This document shows positions 1-6,954 of a DNA stretch of 10,854 nucleotides, one piece after another. The stretch is taken from the UHGV virus genome UHGV-0113369, one strand, 5' to 3'. A program made the position numbers and the translations under genes. The notes under the pieces were generated by a model that saw nothing but the letters and a program-made list of their open reading frames with translations, did no database searches and was not told the DNA's origin. Origin of the DNA: a virus. How positions within the stretch are numbered: position 1 is the first letter of the stretch; each line of letters opens with the position of its first letter.

Positions 1-47
1 GGGAGTAATATTTTGGTAAGGCTTCAAGGTTCATGCTCGTTCTCCAC

Positions 48-1043
48 TTACGCCAATACGCCAATTGCCAGCGCACGATCGATAAAACGAAATATCAGCT
101 CCAGCTGAGAGCCATACTTCTCTTCAAATGCCACGGTATCCGCATGCAGCTCGTCGTGATGCTTTCTGCACAAAGGCAACACAAAGAGGTCATGCGCTTT
201 TGTACCCATTCCACCCTGACCGTGGCCTATCAGGTGGTGGGGATCATCAGCAGGCTTTCCACAACATGCACACGGCTGTGTCTTAACCCAGCGCGTGTAC
301 TTTTCATTAACCCAGCGGCGGCGTTTTGGGCGTAACATAAAAGACTCCGGCGACTCCGGATCCACTTTCAGCGCCAGCACCTTTTTCGCCTTATCCTGGA
401 TGATGCTGGTGGCAGGAACCGAAGGCACAAGGTCACTTTCCCGGGTGACAGACGGCACAACAGGCTTCGGTAATCTCAGTGCCTTACGGGCTGCACTTTC
501 CGGTAAGGCATCCGCCAGGTCATTACGAATCAGCCACCAGCACAGTTCCGGCATTGTCACGGCATGGTTATCATCAAAACCGAGATCCAGACGGACTACA
601 GACAACACCCAGCGGGCACAGTTATCCGTTGCCATTGATTCCAGCCGTTCCGTGAACTGATCGCGCAGCTGGTTATCGCAGTGCCAGCACAGACGGATCG
701 CGCCCGGCGCGTGTCGCATTGTGGTCATGTTCTCGCTGTGCCAGTCGGAATGAGGCCACTGGCAGCCTTTTTCACGAAGTAACCAGCTTTCAAGACATTC
801 CACGCCACCAGCACGACGGATCACTGCCTCATTGCGGAACACGGCCCTAACGGCAGGATCATCCGCCAGCGGTTGTGATGCCGCCGGAACGGCACCACTG
901 GCGAAAGATGAATAACGTTCCGGCTCAGGCTCCAGCAGGACACGCCCCTGCATAAACAGGGGCATCAGCTCTGAACCTGGTCTGAACAATACAATCCCCA
1001 TACGCGGGGCTATTTCAGGGGTCAGTAGTGCTCTCACGGTCAC
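48..1043 (-). CDS. DUF968-family prophage protein (YdfU-like) with C-terminal Cys/His cluster
   Basis: 331-aa ORF. C-terminal CACCGKP...HHLIGHGQGG...CRKHHDELH cluster resembles an HNH-like zinc-binding motif. Start is GTG at 1043, immediately after the upstream gene's TGA (1047-1045). Family assignment is from memory of DUF968 prophage proteins. Confidence 0.55.
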   Translation of the reverse strand: MTVRALLTPEIAPRMGIVLFRPGSELMPLFMQGRVLLEPEPERYSSFASGAVPAASQPLADDPAVRAVFRNEAVIRRAGGVECLESWLLREKGCQWPHSDWHSENMTTMRHAPGAIRLCWHCDNQLRDQFTERLESMATDNCARWVLSVVRLDLGFDDNHAVTMPELCWWLIRNDLADALPESAARKALRLPKPVVPSVTRESDLVPSVPATSIIQDKAKKVLALKVDPESPESFMLRPKRRRWVNEKYTRWVKTQPCACCGKPADDPHHLIGHGQGGMGTKAHDLFVLPLCRKHHDELHADTVAFEEKYGSQLELIFRFIDRALAIGVLA

Positions 1044-1044
1044 C

Positions 1045-1854
1045 TCAATGAACGGTATCGAGCAGCTTTAACAGCTCAGGGAATCGGGATTCGAAGAAAT
1101 GCGGCTGCGTCTCACGCGGATTTGCGGGACTGGTGATGTTCTTGCCGAACATGCAGCCTTTCGCCGTCAGCGACCAGAATTTTTTGATGTTGTTAATCCC
1201 GGTACGGCTGTATCGTTCGCGCTGCTCGACGATCCCCAGCTTCACCATCTGGTGATATGCCTGATTAGCCGTCAGGCGGATACCATACTGCTTCAGCAGT
1301 GCACTCAGCGACAGCGTCGGGCGGCTTGAGCCATCAGGCGCGTCAGCAGGTGCATCAATGGCATAGCGCGGTGCCAGATTCGGTAAGCCAACAGCCTCCT
1401 GGAGTTTCTGACAGGCCCCAAGCACAGATGAGTTAGACAGATTTAACTCCCGGCGCATAAAGTCCAGCAGAATCACGCCAGCCTGCATCTTGTCAGCAGC
1501 CTGTCCGGATAATTTTTCCGGTGCGCTGGTTACCATATCGAAAGTACGGATCACCTTCAGATGGAATGACGGGCTGATCCACATTGCATAGGCATACACC
1601 AGTTCCTTGCAGACATACGTTCCCCGTTCATTTCCCCCATGAATCACACTCACCGGGTCAACACCCAAATTCTGGGTGTTGGTTAATTCATGAACAAGCT
1701 CAACAGTTTGTTGGCTGGAAAGAAACTTTCCTGGCTCCTTGGTTCTGGCATTTGCACCAGATGCTACTGCTGCGCGATGCAGATCGTTCAGGCTGTAACG
1801 CCCATAAGCATCACGACGAACTTCAATACCATCAATGACCATCAGATTATTCAT
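1045..1854 (-). CDS. KilA-N domain protein (antirepressor/Roi-like DNA-binding protein)
   Basis: 269-aa ORF. N-terminus MNNLMVIDGIEVRRDAYGRYSLNDLHRAAVASG is typical of KilA-N domains. Strong RBS AAGAGGAGAAA upstream of ATG at 1854. Confidence 0.6.
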   Translation of the reverse strand: MNNLMVIDGIEVRRDAYGRYSLNDLHRAAVASGANARTKEPGKFLSSQQTVELVHELTNTQNLGVDPVSVIHGGNERGTYVCKELVYAYAMWISPSFHLKVIRTFDMVTSAPEKLSGQAADKMQAGVILLDFMRRELNLSNSSVLGACQKLQEAVGLPNLAPRYAIDAPADAPDGSSRPTLSLSALLKQYGIRLTANQAYHQMVKLGIVEQRERYSRTGINNIKKFWSLTAKGCMFGKNITSPANPRETQPHFFESRFPELLKLLDTVH

Positions 1855-1873
1855 ACTTCGTTTCTCCTCTTAA

Positions 1874-2263
1874 TCAGGCGGCTGCACCCGCCGTTTTCTC
1901 GTACTTACTGATAGTGATTTCGACCTTCCCTTCCGGGATAACCGGCCCCCACTCCACCAGCATTCTTTTCACCTGGCTGTCGTCCACCCACACACCCGCG
2001 TGGGTCAGGGCGTCAAACAGCGCCTTGTTATAGTTGTCCAGATCGCGGATCCGGTTATCCGGAGGAAACAACACGATCTCCACTGAAGCTGGTGCCGACG
2101 TTGGTTTCGGCAGACGACGTAACTGCTCAATGATGGCTGCACACGCTGCGCTCTGGAATTTTCGCCCCGCCGCGCTTATCAGGCTCTTACCTGCAAGCGC
2201 CCCTTTGTTGGGGTGTCGCCAGTACGTGTTCACGCTGGGCGGAAAAGGCAGTATTAGCTTCAT
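1874..2263 (-). CDS. rusA: RusA-family Holliday junction resolvase
   Basis: 129-aa ORF with RusA hallmarks (PPSVNTYW, RDLDNYNKALFDALT, VWVDDSQV), alignable by eye to E. coli RusA (120 aa). ATG at 2263 overlaps the upstream TGA (ATGA). Confidence 0.85.
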   Translation of the reverse strand: MKLILPFPPSVNTYWRHPNKGALAGKSLISAAGRKFQSAACAAIIEQLRRLPKPTSAPASVEIVLFPPDNRIRDLDNYNKALFDALTHAGVWVDDSQVKRMLVEWGPVIPEGKVEITISKYEKTAGAAA

Positions 2264-2586
2264 ACTTTCAGGCCCCTCTCATGTAACCAGTGGGCTGCAC
2301 GCAGCCTGGCGTTTGCCTCACCGGCAAGCAGTGCGCGGATAATCCCGACCGCCTCGCTGTCGTCGTCCTTCACCGCGGTATGAAGCGTGATGCCCCGGGC
2401 CACGCCACGCTTTATCGTGATGACGCCTTTTTTCTCCAGTGCGCGAAGATGCTCCACCGCTGCATTCACTGAACGGTATCCCAGCATGGTTGCCACCTCC
2501 TGATTGGTTGGCGGGAAGCCACGTTCTTTCTGATAAGAAATCAGCATATCCAGCACCTGCTGCTGGCATTGAGTTAACGTCGTCAT
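2260..2586 (-). CDS. LexA N-terminal-like winged-helix DNA-binding protein (no S24 peptidase domain)
   Basis: 108-aa ORF. Residues 1-70 (QQQVLDMLISYQKERGFPPTNQEVATMLGYRSVNAAVEHLRALEKKGVI) closely parallel the LexA DNA-binding domain (RQQEVFDLI...[36 protein letters not shown]). No Ser/Lys peptidase domain. ATGA overlap with the methyltransferase stop. Confidence 0.7.
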   Translation of the reverse strand: MTTLTQCQQQVLDMLISYQKERGFPPTNQEVATMLGYRSVNAAVEHLRALEKKGVITIKRGVARGITLHTAVKDDDSEAVGIIRALLAGEANARLRAAHWLHERGLKV

Positions 2587-3236
2587 GCCGCCATCTCCCT
2601 GACCAGTTTTTCTGCCTGCTGGCGAACCTGCGCCAGAAAGGCCTCACCACATGCCTCAAGTTCATCGCGCCCGATGTAGCTGATTGCCGGTCCCTTCCAG
2701 GTCTTGTCGAAAACAGCAATAGCACCAGCGAAGAAAGCGCCTGTCGGCACCTGCTTCTCATCCTTCGGGATAAACCAGGCAGGCAGTTCAAAACCAATAC
2801 GCCCGCGAATAAAAGCAATATGATCTGCATCTTCCGGCCACCACACTTCGCTGGTGGCAGCTTTGATCAGGAAAACATAGCGCCCGCCTTTATCACGCAT
2901 GGCACTGGCATGCTTCATGATGTAACGCATGCCGGTGATGTATTGCCCCTCATGCTGACTGGCGCGGCTGTATGGGGGATTACCAAAGGCAGCACCTTTA
3001 AGCTCCGCAAGGCGTTCTGACCAGTCATGCGCCAGCGCGTTGTCTTCCGCCGTGTAATACGCAGCACATTTGGCGTTATCACCGTCAGTGAACAGATCCA
3101 GAACAAACGGGCCAAACAGGGTGTTAATTCCCCAGAAAATGTTGTCCGGCGTGCGCCACTGATCGCCCACTTCCTTCAGTTCATGGGCTGGTTTGTTCCG
3201 CAGTTCCGCCAGCGCCTGGCAATATTTATTACTCAT
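2583..3236 (-). CDS. Phage N6-adenine DNA methyltransferase (Dam-like, NPPY motif)
   Basis: GNPPYSR catalytic motif and overall resemblance to phage Dam-type methyltransferases. Start chosen as the ATG at 3236-3234, which overlaps the upstream TAA (TAATG). An in-frame upstream start at 3269 is possible (ORF track 2583..3269). Confidence 0.8.
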   Translation of the reverse strand: MSNKYCQALAELRNKPAHELKEVGDQWRTPDNIFWGINTLFGPFVLDLFTDGDNAKCAAYYTAEDNALAHDWSERLAELKGAAFGNPPYSRASQHEGQYITGMRYIMKHASAMRDKGGRYVFLIKAATSEVWWPEDADHIAFIRGRIGFELPAWFIPKDEKQVPTGAFFAGAIAVFDKTWKGPAISYIGRDELEACGEAFLAQVRQQAEKLVREMAA

Positions 3237-3724
3237 TAAGCCCCCACGTAATTCCCTGAGAGATACCACTCTTCACCTGATGCAGCCCGCTTACTGCTTT
3301 TCCGTAAACACCGTTCACGACGCGCCAGAAAATTGTTTCGTTCTGGCTGGGAGTGGCTTTCACGGAATGCCGCCATCCACACCGTTGCAGCACGACGGTA
3401 TAAGCCCCTCGACTCCAGTTCTTCAGCCTGGCGGGTCAGGCACAAAATCACCCGGGGGTCGTTAGTGCCGACATAGAACTTGCGCACAGGTCTGGTTTCA
3501 CGAACTGGTTGTGGTTCCGGCTCCTGCGCTCTCTCAGTCAGGCGCGAGAAATGTCTGCGTGTATCTCCTTCACAACGGTGAGCCACACGCCCACTCTGAC
3601 GTAACTTGCTTGCTGACTGCAGAACGCGCTGCCGTGAGTAACCTGCAAAAGCATCCGCAATGTCTCCGGAAGTACACCCCGGATGGGCTTCAATGAATTT
3701 CTGAACTTCATTCAAAAGACTCAT
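3236..3724 (-). CDS. Small regulator: N-terminal winged-helix domain fused to ANR/PerC-like C-terminal motif
   Basis: 162 aa from ATG 3724 (SD-like AGGGGG 5-6 nt upstream); a GTG at 3730 overlapping the rep stop is an alternative. C-terminal RRAATVWMAAFRESHSQPERNNFLARRERC fits the W..A...ER...R.ERC pattern I associate with ANR/PerC-family regulators. Assignment is from memory and tentative. Confidence 0.4.
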   Translation of the reverse strand: MSLLNEVQKFIEAHPGCTSGDIADAFAGYSRQRVLQSASKLRQSGRVAHRCEGDTRRHFSRLTERAQEPEPQPVRETRPVRKFYVGTNDPRVILCLTRQAEELESRGLYRRAATVWMAAFRESHSQPERNNFLARRERCLRKSSKRAASGEEWYLSGNYVGA

Positions 3725-3726
3725 GA

Positions 3727-4668
3727 TCACCCCCTGAATCCTGCCGGGATCTGGCTGTAGTCCACGTTGTCGTAACTGGATTTGAAGTACGGATCTTCAC
3801 GTTTTTCTGTGTATGTGCTGACGGACGGCGATAAGCGCAGGGAAAGCTCATCCCATTTTTCCCGCAGCTTCGACGGGCTGAGCACGTTACGGCACCAGAA
3901 CGGATCGCGGCTGACGCGGCTGTACATCTCGCAGATTTGTTTGTGAGTACGACCATCCTGCACACACATCAGGCGAATTTCGTTTGCCCAGGCTGTCCAG
4001 TTCGGTTCTTTGGGACGAACCACCTCGCCGTCACATTCGGCAGCCTGCTCGTACAGGGCGATGATTTTTTTCCAGAGCCACTGTGCGCAGGTCAAATCAT
4101 CCTGCGTTCCCCACTGGCGCTTTTTAGGGCTGAATACAACCGCATCAGGATGGCGAGTTAAAAAATCCTGTTCAGCCGTCTGCGTGTCCGGTTGCGAAGC
4201 GTCCGGACGAGAAGGTTTTTTATCTGACGGTTCATGTTTTGATTTTACTGACGGATCCCCGCCAGATTCTGACGGGTGAAAACCCGCTTTTTTGCCAGAT
4301 TTCGACGCATCAAATTTTGACGGGTCAGATTTTGATGCGTCAGATTTTGACGGGTCAGAATCTGACAGTTGAGAAAATGCCGCTGCCTGAAGCTTCGCAA
4401 CGTTAAGCTGATAAACATTCGACGCATTGCGGTTACCCTGGCGACGCGCCTTACGCGTTAACCAGCCTTCTGCTTCCAGCCGTGCGATAGCCGTTCTGAC
4501 GGTACTCATCCCCGCGCCAATCTGACGGGCAATGGTTTCAATTGATGGCCAGCACACACCTTCGTCATTACTGAAATCAGCCAGGCGGGCCATAATTGCC
4601 ACGCTGGATAATTTCATGCCTGACGCAGCGCAACCATCCCATACATAGCCGGTTAATTTAGTGCTCAT
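3727..4668 (-). CDS. Phage replication initiation protein (N-terminal HTH, lambda O-like role) with internal pentapeptide repeats
   Basis: 313-aa ORF. N-terminal 90 aa look like a winged-helix/HTH replication-initiator domain. Central low-complexity repeat DPSKS/DASKS/DPSKF/DASKS is encoded by a 15-bp tandem DNA repeat. RBS GAGG 6 nt upstream of ATG 4668. Confidence 0.7.
   Translation of the reverse strand: MSTKLTGYVWDGCAASGMKLSSVAIMARLADFSNDEGVCWPSIETIARQIGAGMSTVRTAIARLEAEGWLTRKARRQGNRNASNVYQLNVAKLQAAAFSQLSDSDPSKSDASKSDPSKFDASKSGKKAGFHPSESGGDPSVKSKHEPSDKKPSRPDASQPDTQTAEQDFLTRHPDAVVFSPKKRQWGTQDDLTCAQWLWKKIIALYEQAAECDGEVVRPKEPNWTAWANEIRLMCVQDGRTHKQICEMYSRVSRDPFWCRNVLSPSKLREKWDELSLRLSPSVSTYTEKREDPYFKSSYDNVDYSQIPAGFRG
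4220..4368. repeat. Iteron array (candidate origin of replication) inside the initiator gene
   Basis: Four to five contiguous 15-bp units YCAGATTTTGACGGG at 4295-4368, another copy at 4262-4276, and degenerate copies near 4222-4254 (TATCTGACGG, TTTTACTGACGG). This parallels lambda ori iterons lying within gene O. Confidence 0.6.
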
Positions 4669-4677
4669 GACCGACCT

Positions 4678-5016
4678 CTATTTCCCTGAATTTACGACGA
4701 AACTGTTCGAGCGGGCTGAAGCATTCATGCTCATAGCCTTCGCGGAGGTAGATAACCCGTTGTGTTTCCGGTTCCCAACGAATGACTCTGACGGGCACTC
4801 CGTAGTGATCTTTGAACCAGCGGTTAACTTGTCGCAAAGGACTGTCTCCTTCTGCCGGTTGAAATCACCCACAGCCCACTCTGCAAAGCTGTGGGTTACA
4901 ATTTCCCTGTCACCTGGTACATTTACTGCATAGCAATACTCCACCTTCGCTTTTCCACCCGGTACAGGAAGCGCAATCAGTTGCGAGCGACGGTAGTGTG
5001 TTGTTAAACTGTTCAT
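4678..5016 (-). CDS. Hypothetical protein (uncertain coding status)
   Basis: 112-aa ORF whose ATG (5016-5014) overlaps the CII-like stop (ATGA). No recognisable motif. It contains an 8-bp GC-rich hairpin (4868-4895) and is overlapped by an antisense plus-strand ORF. Confidence 0.3.
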   Translation of the reverse strand: MNSLTTHYRRSQLIALPVPGGKAKVEYCYAVNVPGDREIVTHSFAEWAVGDFNRQKETVLCDKLTAGSKITTECPSESFVGNRKHNGLSTSAKAMSMNASARSNSFVVNSGK

Positions 5017-5597
5017 GCGTTAGTTTCTCCACAACCAGAAGCAATCGACGCCACGACGCCCGGAGCTGCACACTCGCGGGCGTTACTCTTTTCCGGCGCA
5101 CAAAAAACACGAAATAACAGTGTTAAATGCTCCTGCCACTTCGCCATTACTTGGTAGCTGTTCTCTTCGATTTGCTCACGCTCAGCTTGGTCAATAACTC
5201 CATCAGCAGTTGCCTTGCGTAAGTACTGGGAATGCTTGCCAATCCATTCTATTGACTCCATCAGCCGCTGATTAATGTCACCATTGTCAATGTCATCAAT
5301 GACCACCAGCGGCACAAACACCCCATTACTACGACGGGCTATTGCATCCGTTACATGCCTGGTACCACTGGCATCCTGTAAAACCATGGCCCACTCAAGT
5401 GGAAAAATTTGATCCCCACCGCTACGCAGTCTGTTATGCAATTGATCTTTCGCTGGGGTGATATCATCAGATTTATACAAACCAAGAATTTCCGCTGCTT
5501 CCTCATAGCCATGAGGTAAATCAGCAATCGTTCTTCGTATTGCTGCCACCAGCCATGCTGGTTGCTTATCAACTTTCCATTCAGGTTCTTTACCCAC
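5013..5597 (-). CDS. CII-like lysogeny regulator (CP76/YdaT-type), GTG start
   Basis: 194-aa ORF immediately downstream of the cro-like gene, the position of lambda cII. GTG start at 5597 with GAGG 7 nt upstream. Family assignment is by recollection of Phage_CP76-type proteins and is tentative. Confidence 0.45.
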   Translation of the reverse strand: MGKEPEWKVDKQPAWLVAAIRRTIADLPHGYEEAAEILGLYKSDDITPAKDQLHNRLRSGGDQIFPLEWAMVLQDASGTRHVTDAIARRSNGVFVPLVVIDDIDNGDINQRLMESIEWIGKHSQYLRKATADGVIDQAEREQIEENSYQVMAKWQEHLTLLFRVFCAPEKSNARECAAPGVVASIASGCGETNA

Positions 5598-5633
5598 GTT
5601 TAAGCCTCATATCTGTGGTTTCTGTAAATCGAT

Positions 5634-5834
5634 TTATCCATTAGATTTTTCATAAAGCTCAGGTTTAAATGGCAACCGTCCGCAAGTTCTATATGCAGCC
5701 TCTGCTGCACGTCCTTTTGGAATTAACTGGCCAGGACGGTTTCGCCACTGATAAACGGCTTCAGTTGTTATGCCGAAAAAAGCAGCAACTTTCTCAATGC
5801 TGCCGAAGTAGCTTTCGATATCGTCAGTCGTCAT
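5634..5834 (-). CDS. cro: Cro-like repressor
   Basis: 66-aa basic protein divergent from the CI gene. Strong RBS GGAGG 4 nt before ATG 5834. Some resemblance to lambda Cro in the central/C-terminal region (AVYQW...GRAAEAAYRTCG). Confidence 0.6.
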   Translation of the reverse strand: MTTDDIESYFGSIEKVAAFFGITTEAVYQWRNRPGQLIPKGRAAEAAYRTCGRLPFKPELYEKSNG

Positions 5835-5931
5835 ATGCCCTCCAAACTAAGTTTTATTAGATGTTAATTATCAATCTATCTTAGGTCAATAAAAACTAAG
5901 ATTACTTAGTAATTAAAGAAATGGTGCTCCT
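5835..5931. promoter_or_regulatory. Immunity-region OR: divergent pR/pRM promoters with AACTAAG-type operator palindromes
   Basis: AT-rich 97-bp spacer between divergent cro-like and cI genes. 11-bp palindrome AAACTAAGTTT at 5844-5854 and 16-bp palindrome ACTAAGATTACTTAGT at 5895-5910. Candidate pR on the minus strand: -35 TTGACC (5889-5884), 17-bp spacer, -10 TAACAT (5866-5861). Confidence 0.55.
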
Positions 5932-6558
5932 ATGGAAACGGTTGGTCAGCGTATAAAAGCTCTGAGAAGAGTTACCAGAACGTCCCAGAAAGAATTGGGT
6001 AAATTTTGTGGAGTAAGTGACGTTGCTGTGGGGTACTGGGAGAAAGACATCAATGTCCCTGGTGGGGAAGCACTTTCAAAATTAGCGAAGTTCTTCAATA
6101 CGTCAATAGATTACATTCTTTATGGTGCGGAGTTTGAAGGCAAACTCGTCACAAACATGCGCAGAGTTCCTGTAATCTCGTGGGTTCAGGCTGGGCAGTT
6201 TACTGAGTGCAGGACAGCAGAAGTGTTTAGTGAAGTAGACAAGTGGGTAGATACATCATTAAAGATTGGTGATAACTCATTTGCATTGGAGGTTAAAGGC
6301 GACTCCATGACTAACCCTAACGGCCTCCCAACAATACCAGAAGGCGCAACAGTGATTGTAGATCCTGATGCAGAGCCCCGGCATGGAAAAATAGTCATCG
6401 CTAGACTTGATGGAACAAACGAAGCCACAGTAAAAAAATTAGTTATCGATGGCCCTCAAAAGTTTTTAGTGCCATTAAATCCCCGGTACCCCAACATCCC
6501 GATCAATGGTAATTGCCTCATCATTGGTGTAGTCAAAGGAGTTCAATACGAACTCTAG
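5932..6558 (+). CDS. cI: CI-type prophage repressor (HTH_XRE N-terminal domain + S24 LexA-like autopeptidase domain)
   Basis: 208-aa ORF. N-terminal HTH (QKELGKFCGVSDVAVGYWEKD). C-terminal S24 peptidase motifs (EVKGDSMTNP with catalytic Ser; KKL with catalytic Lys). Divergent from the cro-like gene. Weak or absent SD, consistent with a near-leaderless pRM transcript as in lambda. Confidence 0.9.
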   Translation: METVGQRIKALRRVTRTSQKELGKFCGVSDVAVGYWEKDINVPGGEALSKLAKFFNTSIDYILYGAEFEGKLVTNMRRVPVISWVQAGQFTECRTAEVFSEVDKWVDTSLKIGDNSFALEVKGDSMTNPNGLPTIPEGATVIVDPDAEPRHGKIVIARLDGTNEATVKKLVIDGPQKFLVPLNPRYPNIPINGNCLIIGVVKGVQYEL

Positions 6559-6576
6559 CCCCCCTTTTCTCTAACC

Positions 6577-6613
6577 AAAACACCGAACTAAGAAAAGTTT
6601 GGTGTTTTCTCTT
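6577..6613 (+). terminator. Putative intrinsic terminator downstream of cI
   Basis: Stem AAAACACCGAAC (6577-6588) pairs with GTTTGGTGTTTT (6597-6608) including one G-U; 8-nt loop; followed by TTTTCTCTT. Stem is A/U-rich so strength is uncertain; it may instead be part of the OL operator region. Confidence 0.4.
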
Positions 6614-6640
6614 GCCATTAAAACTAAGTTAAGTTAGATT
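6612..6640 (+). promoter_or_regulatory. Candidate pL-like promoter overlapping an OL-like operator
   Basis: -35 TTGCCA (6612-6617), 17-bp spacer, -10 TAGATT (6635-6640). The spacer and -10 contain AAACTAAGTTAAGTTAG, the same AACTAAG motif seen in the cI-cro intergenic operators. Confidence 0.35.
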
Positions 6641-6742
6641 TTATATCAAAGATAACGAACAGGTAGGACGCCCACGAAGTAGCCGCCGGTGGCGTATGAA
6701 TGACCGGATGATTCGTTAAATACTATGTGTAAGAGAGCGCAA

Positions 6743-6946
6743 ATGAACCGTTATTTCACATGCTCGTTTTGTGGCGCAAACGAGCTGCAGGCAAAAAAAA
6801 TCATCGCCAAAGGCGGAAAAGATGAAGTTGCTATCTGCTCTGAGTGCGTAGTCTTGTGTGTCGGGGCATTAATCGATATCAGCACAACTATTCAGTTCAC
6901 ACCAAATGAGAATGCGCCTTTAGATGCGCGGAAATCTGGAGGTTAA
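6743..6946 (+). CDS. Free-standing ClpX-type C4 zinc-finger (ClpX N-terminal ZBD-like) small protein
   Basis: 67 aa from ATG 6743 (RBS AAGAGAG 5 nt upstream). CSFCG...KIIAKGG...ICSECVVLC aligns by eye with the E. coli ClpX N-terminal zinc-binding domain ([30 protein letters not shown]). No AAA+ ATPase domain follows. Confidence 0.6.
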   Translation: MNRYFTCSFCGANELQAKKIIAKGGKDEVAICSECVVLCVGALIDISTTIQFTPNENAPLDARKSGG

Positions 6947-6954
6947 AGAACAAA

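Noticed and set aside
33-660. Plus-strand ORFs 33..335 and 295..660
   Set aside because: Lie entirely antisense within the 331-aa DUF968-like gene; no RBS; composition typical of spurious antisense frames.
2318-2830. 170-aa minus-strand ORF rich in Arg/Ser
   Set aside because: Alternative frame overlapping both the LexA-DBD-like and methyltransferase genes; low-complexity composition; the neighbouring frames have clear motifs.
4220-4368. CRISPR array hypothesis for the 15-bp tandem repeats
   Set aside because: Repeats are contiguous with no unique spacers, sit inside a coding frame, and no cas genes are present. Iterons are the better explanation.
3708-4427. ORFs 3708..3965(-), 3937..4161(+), 4010..4279(+), 4245..4427(-)
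   Set aside because: Alternative or antisense frames inside the replication initiator gene. The QNLT repeat protein at 4245..4427 is simply the iteron array read in another frame.
4661-4933. Plus-strand 90-aa ORF as a protein-coding gene
   Set aside because: No RBS, antisense to the operon, no recognisable fold. Retained only as a possible antisense-RNA locus in the findings.
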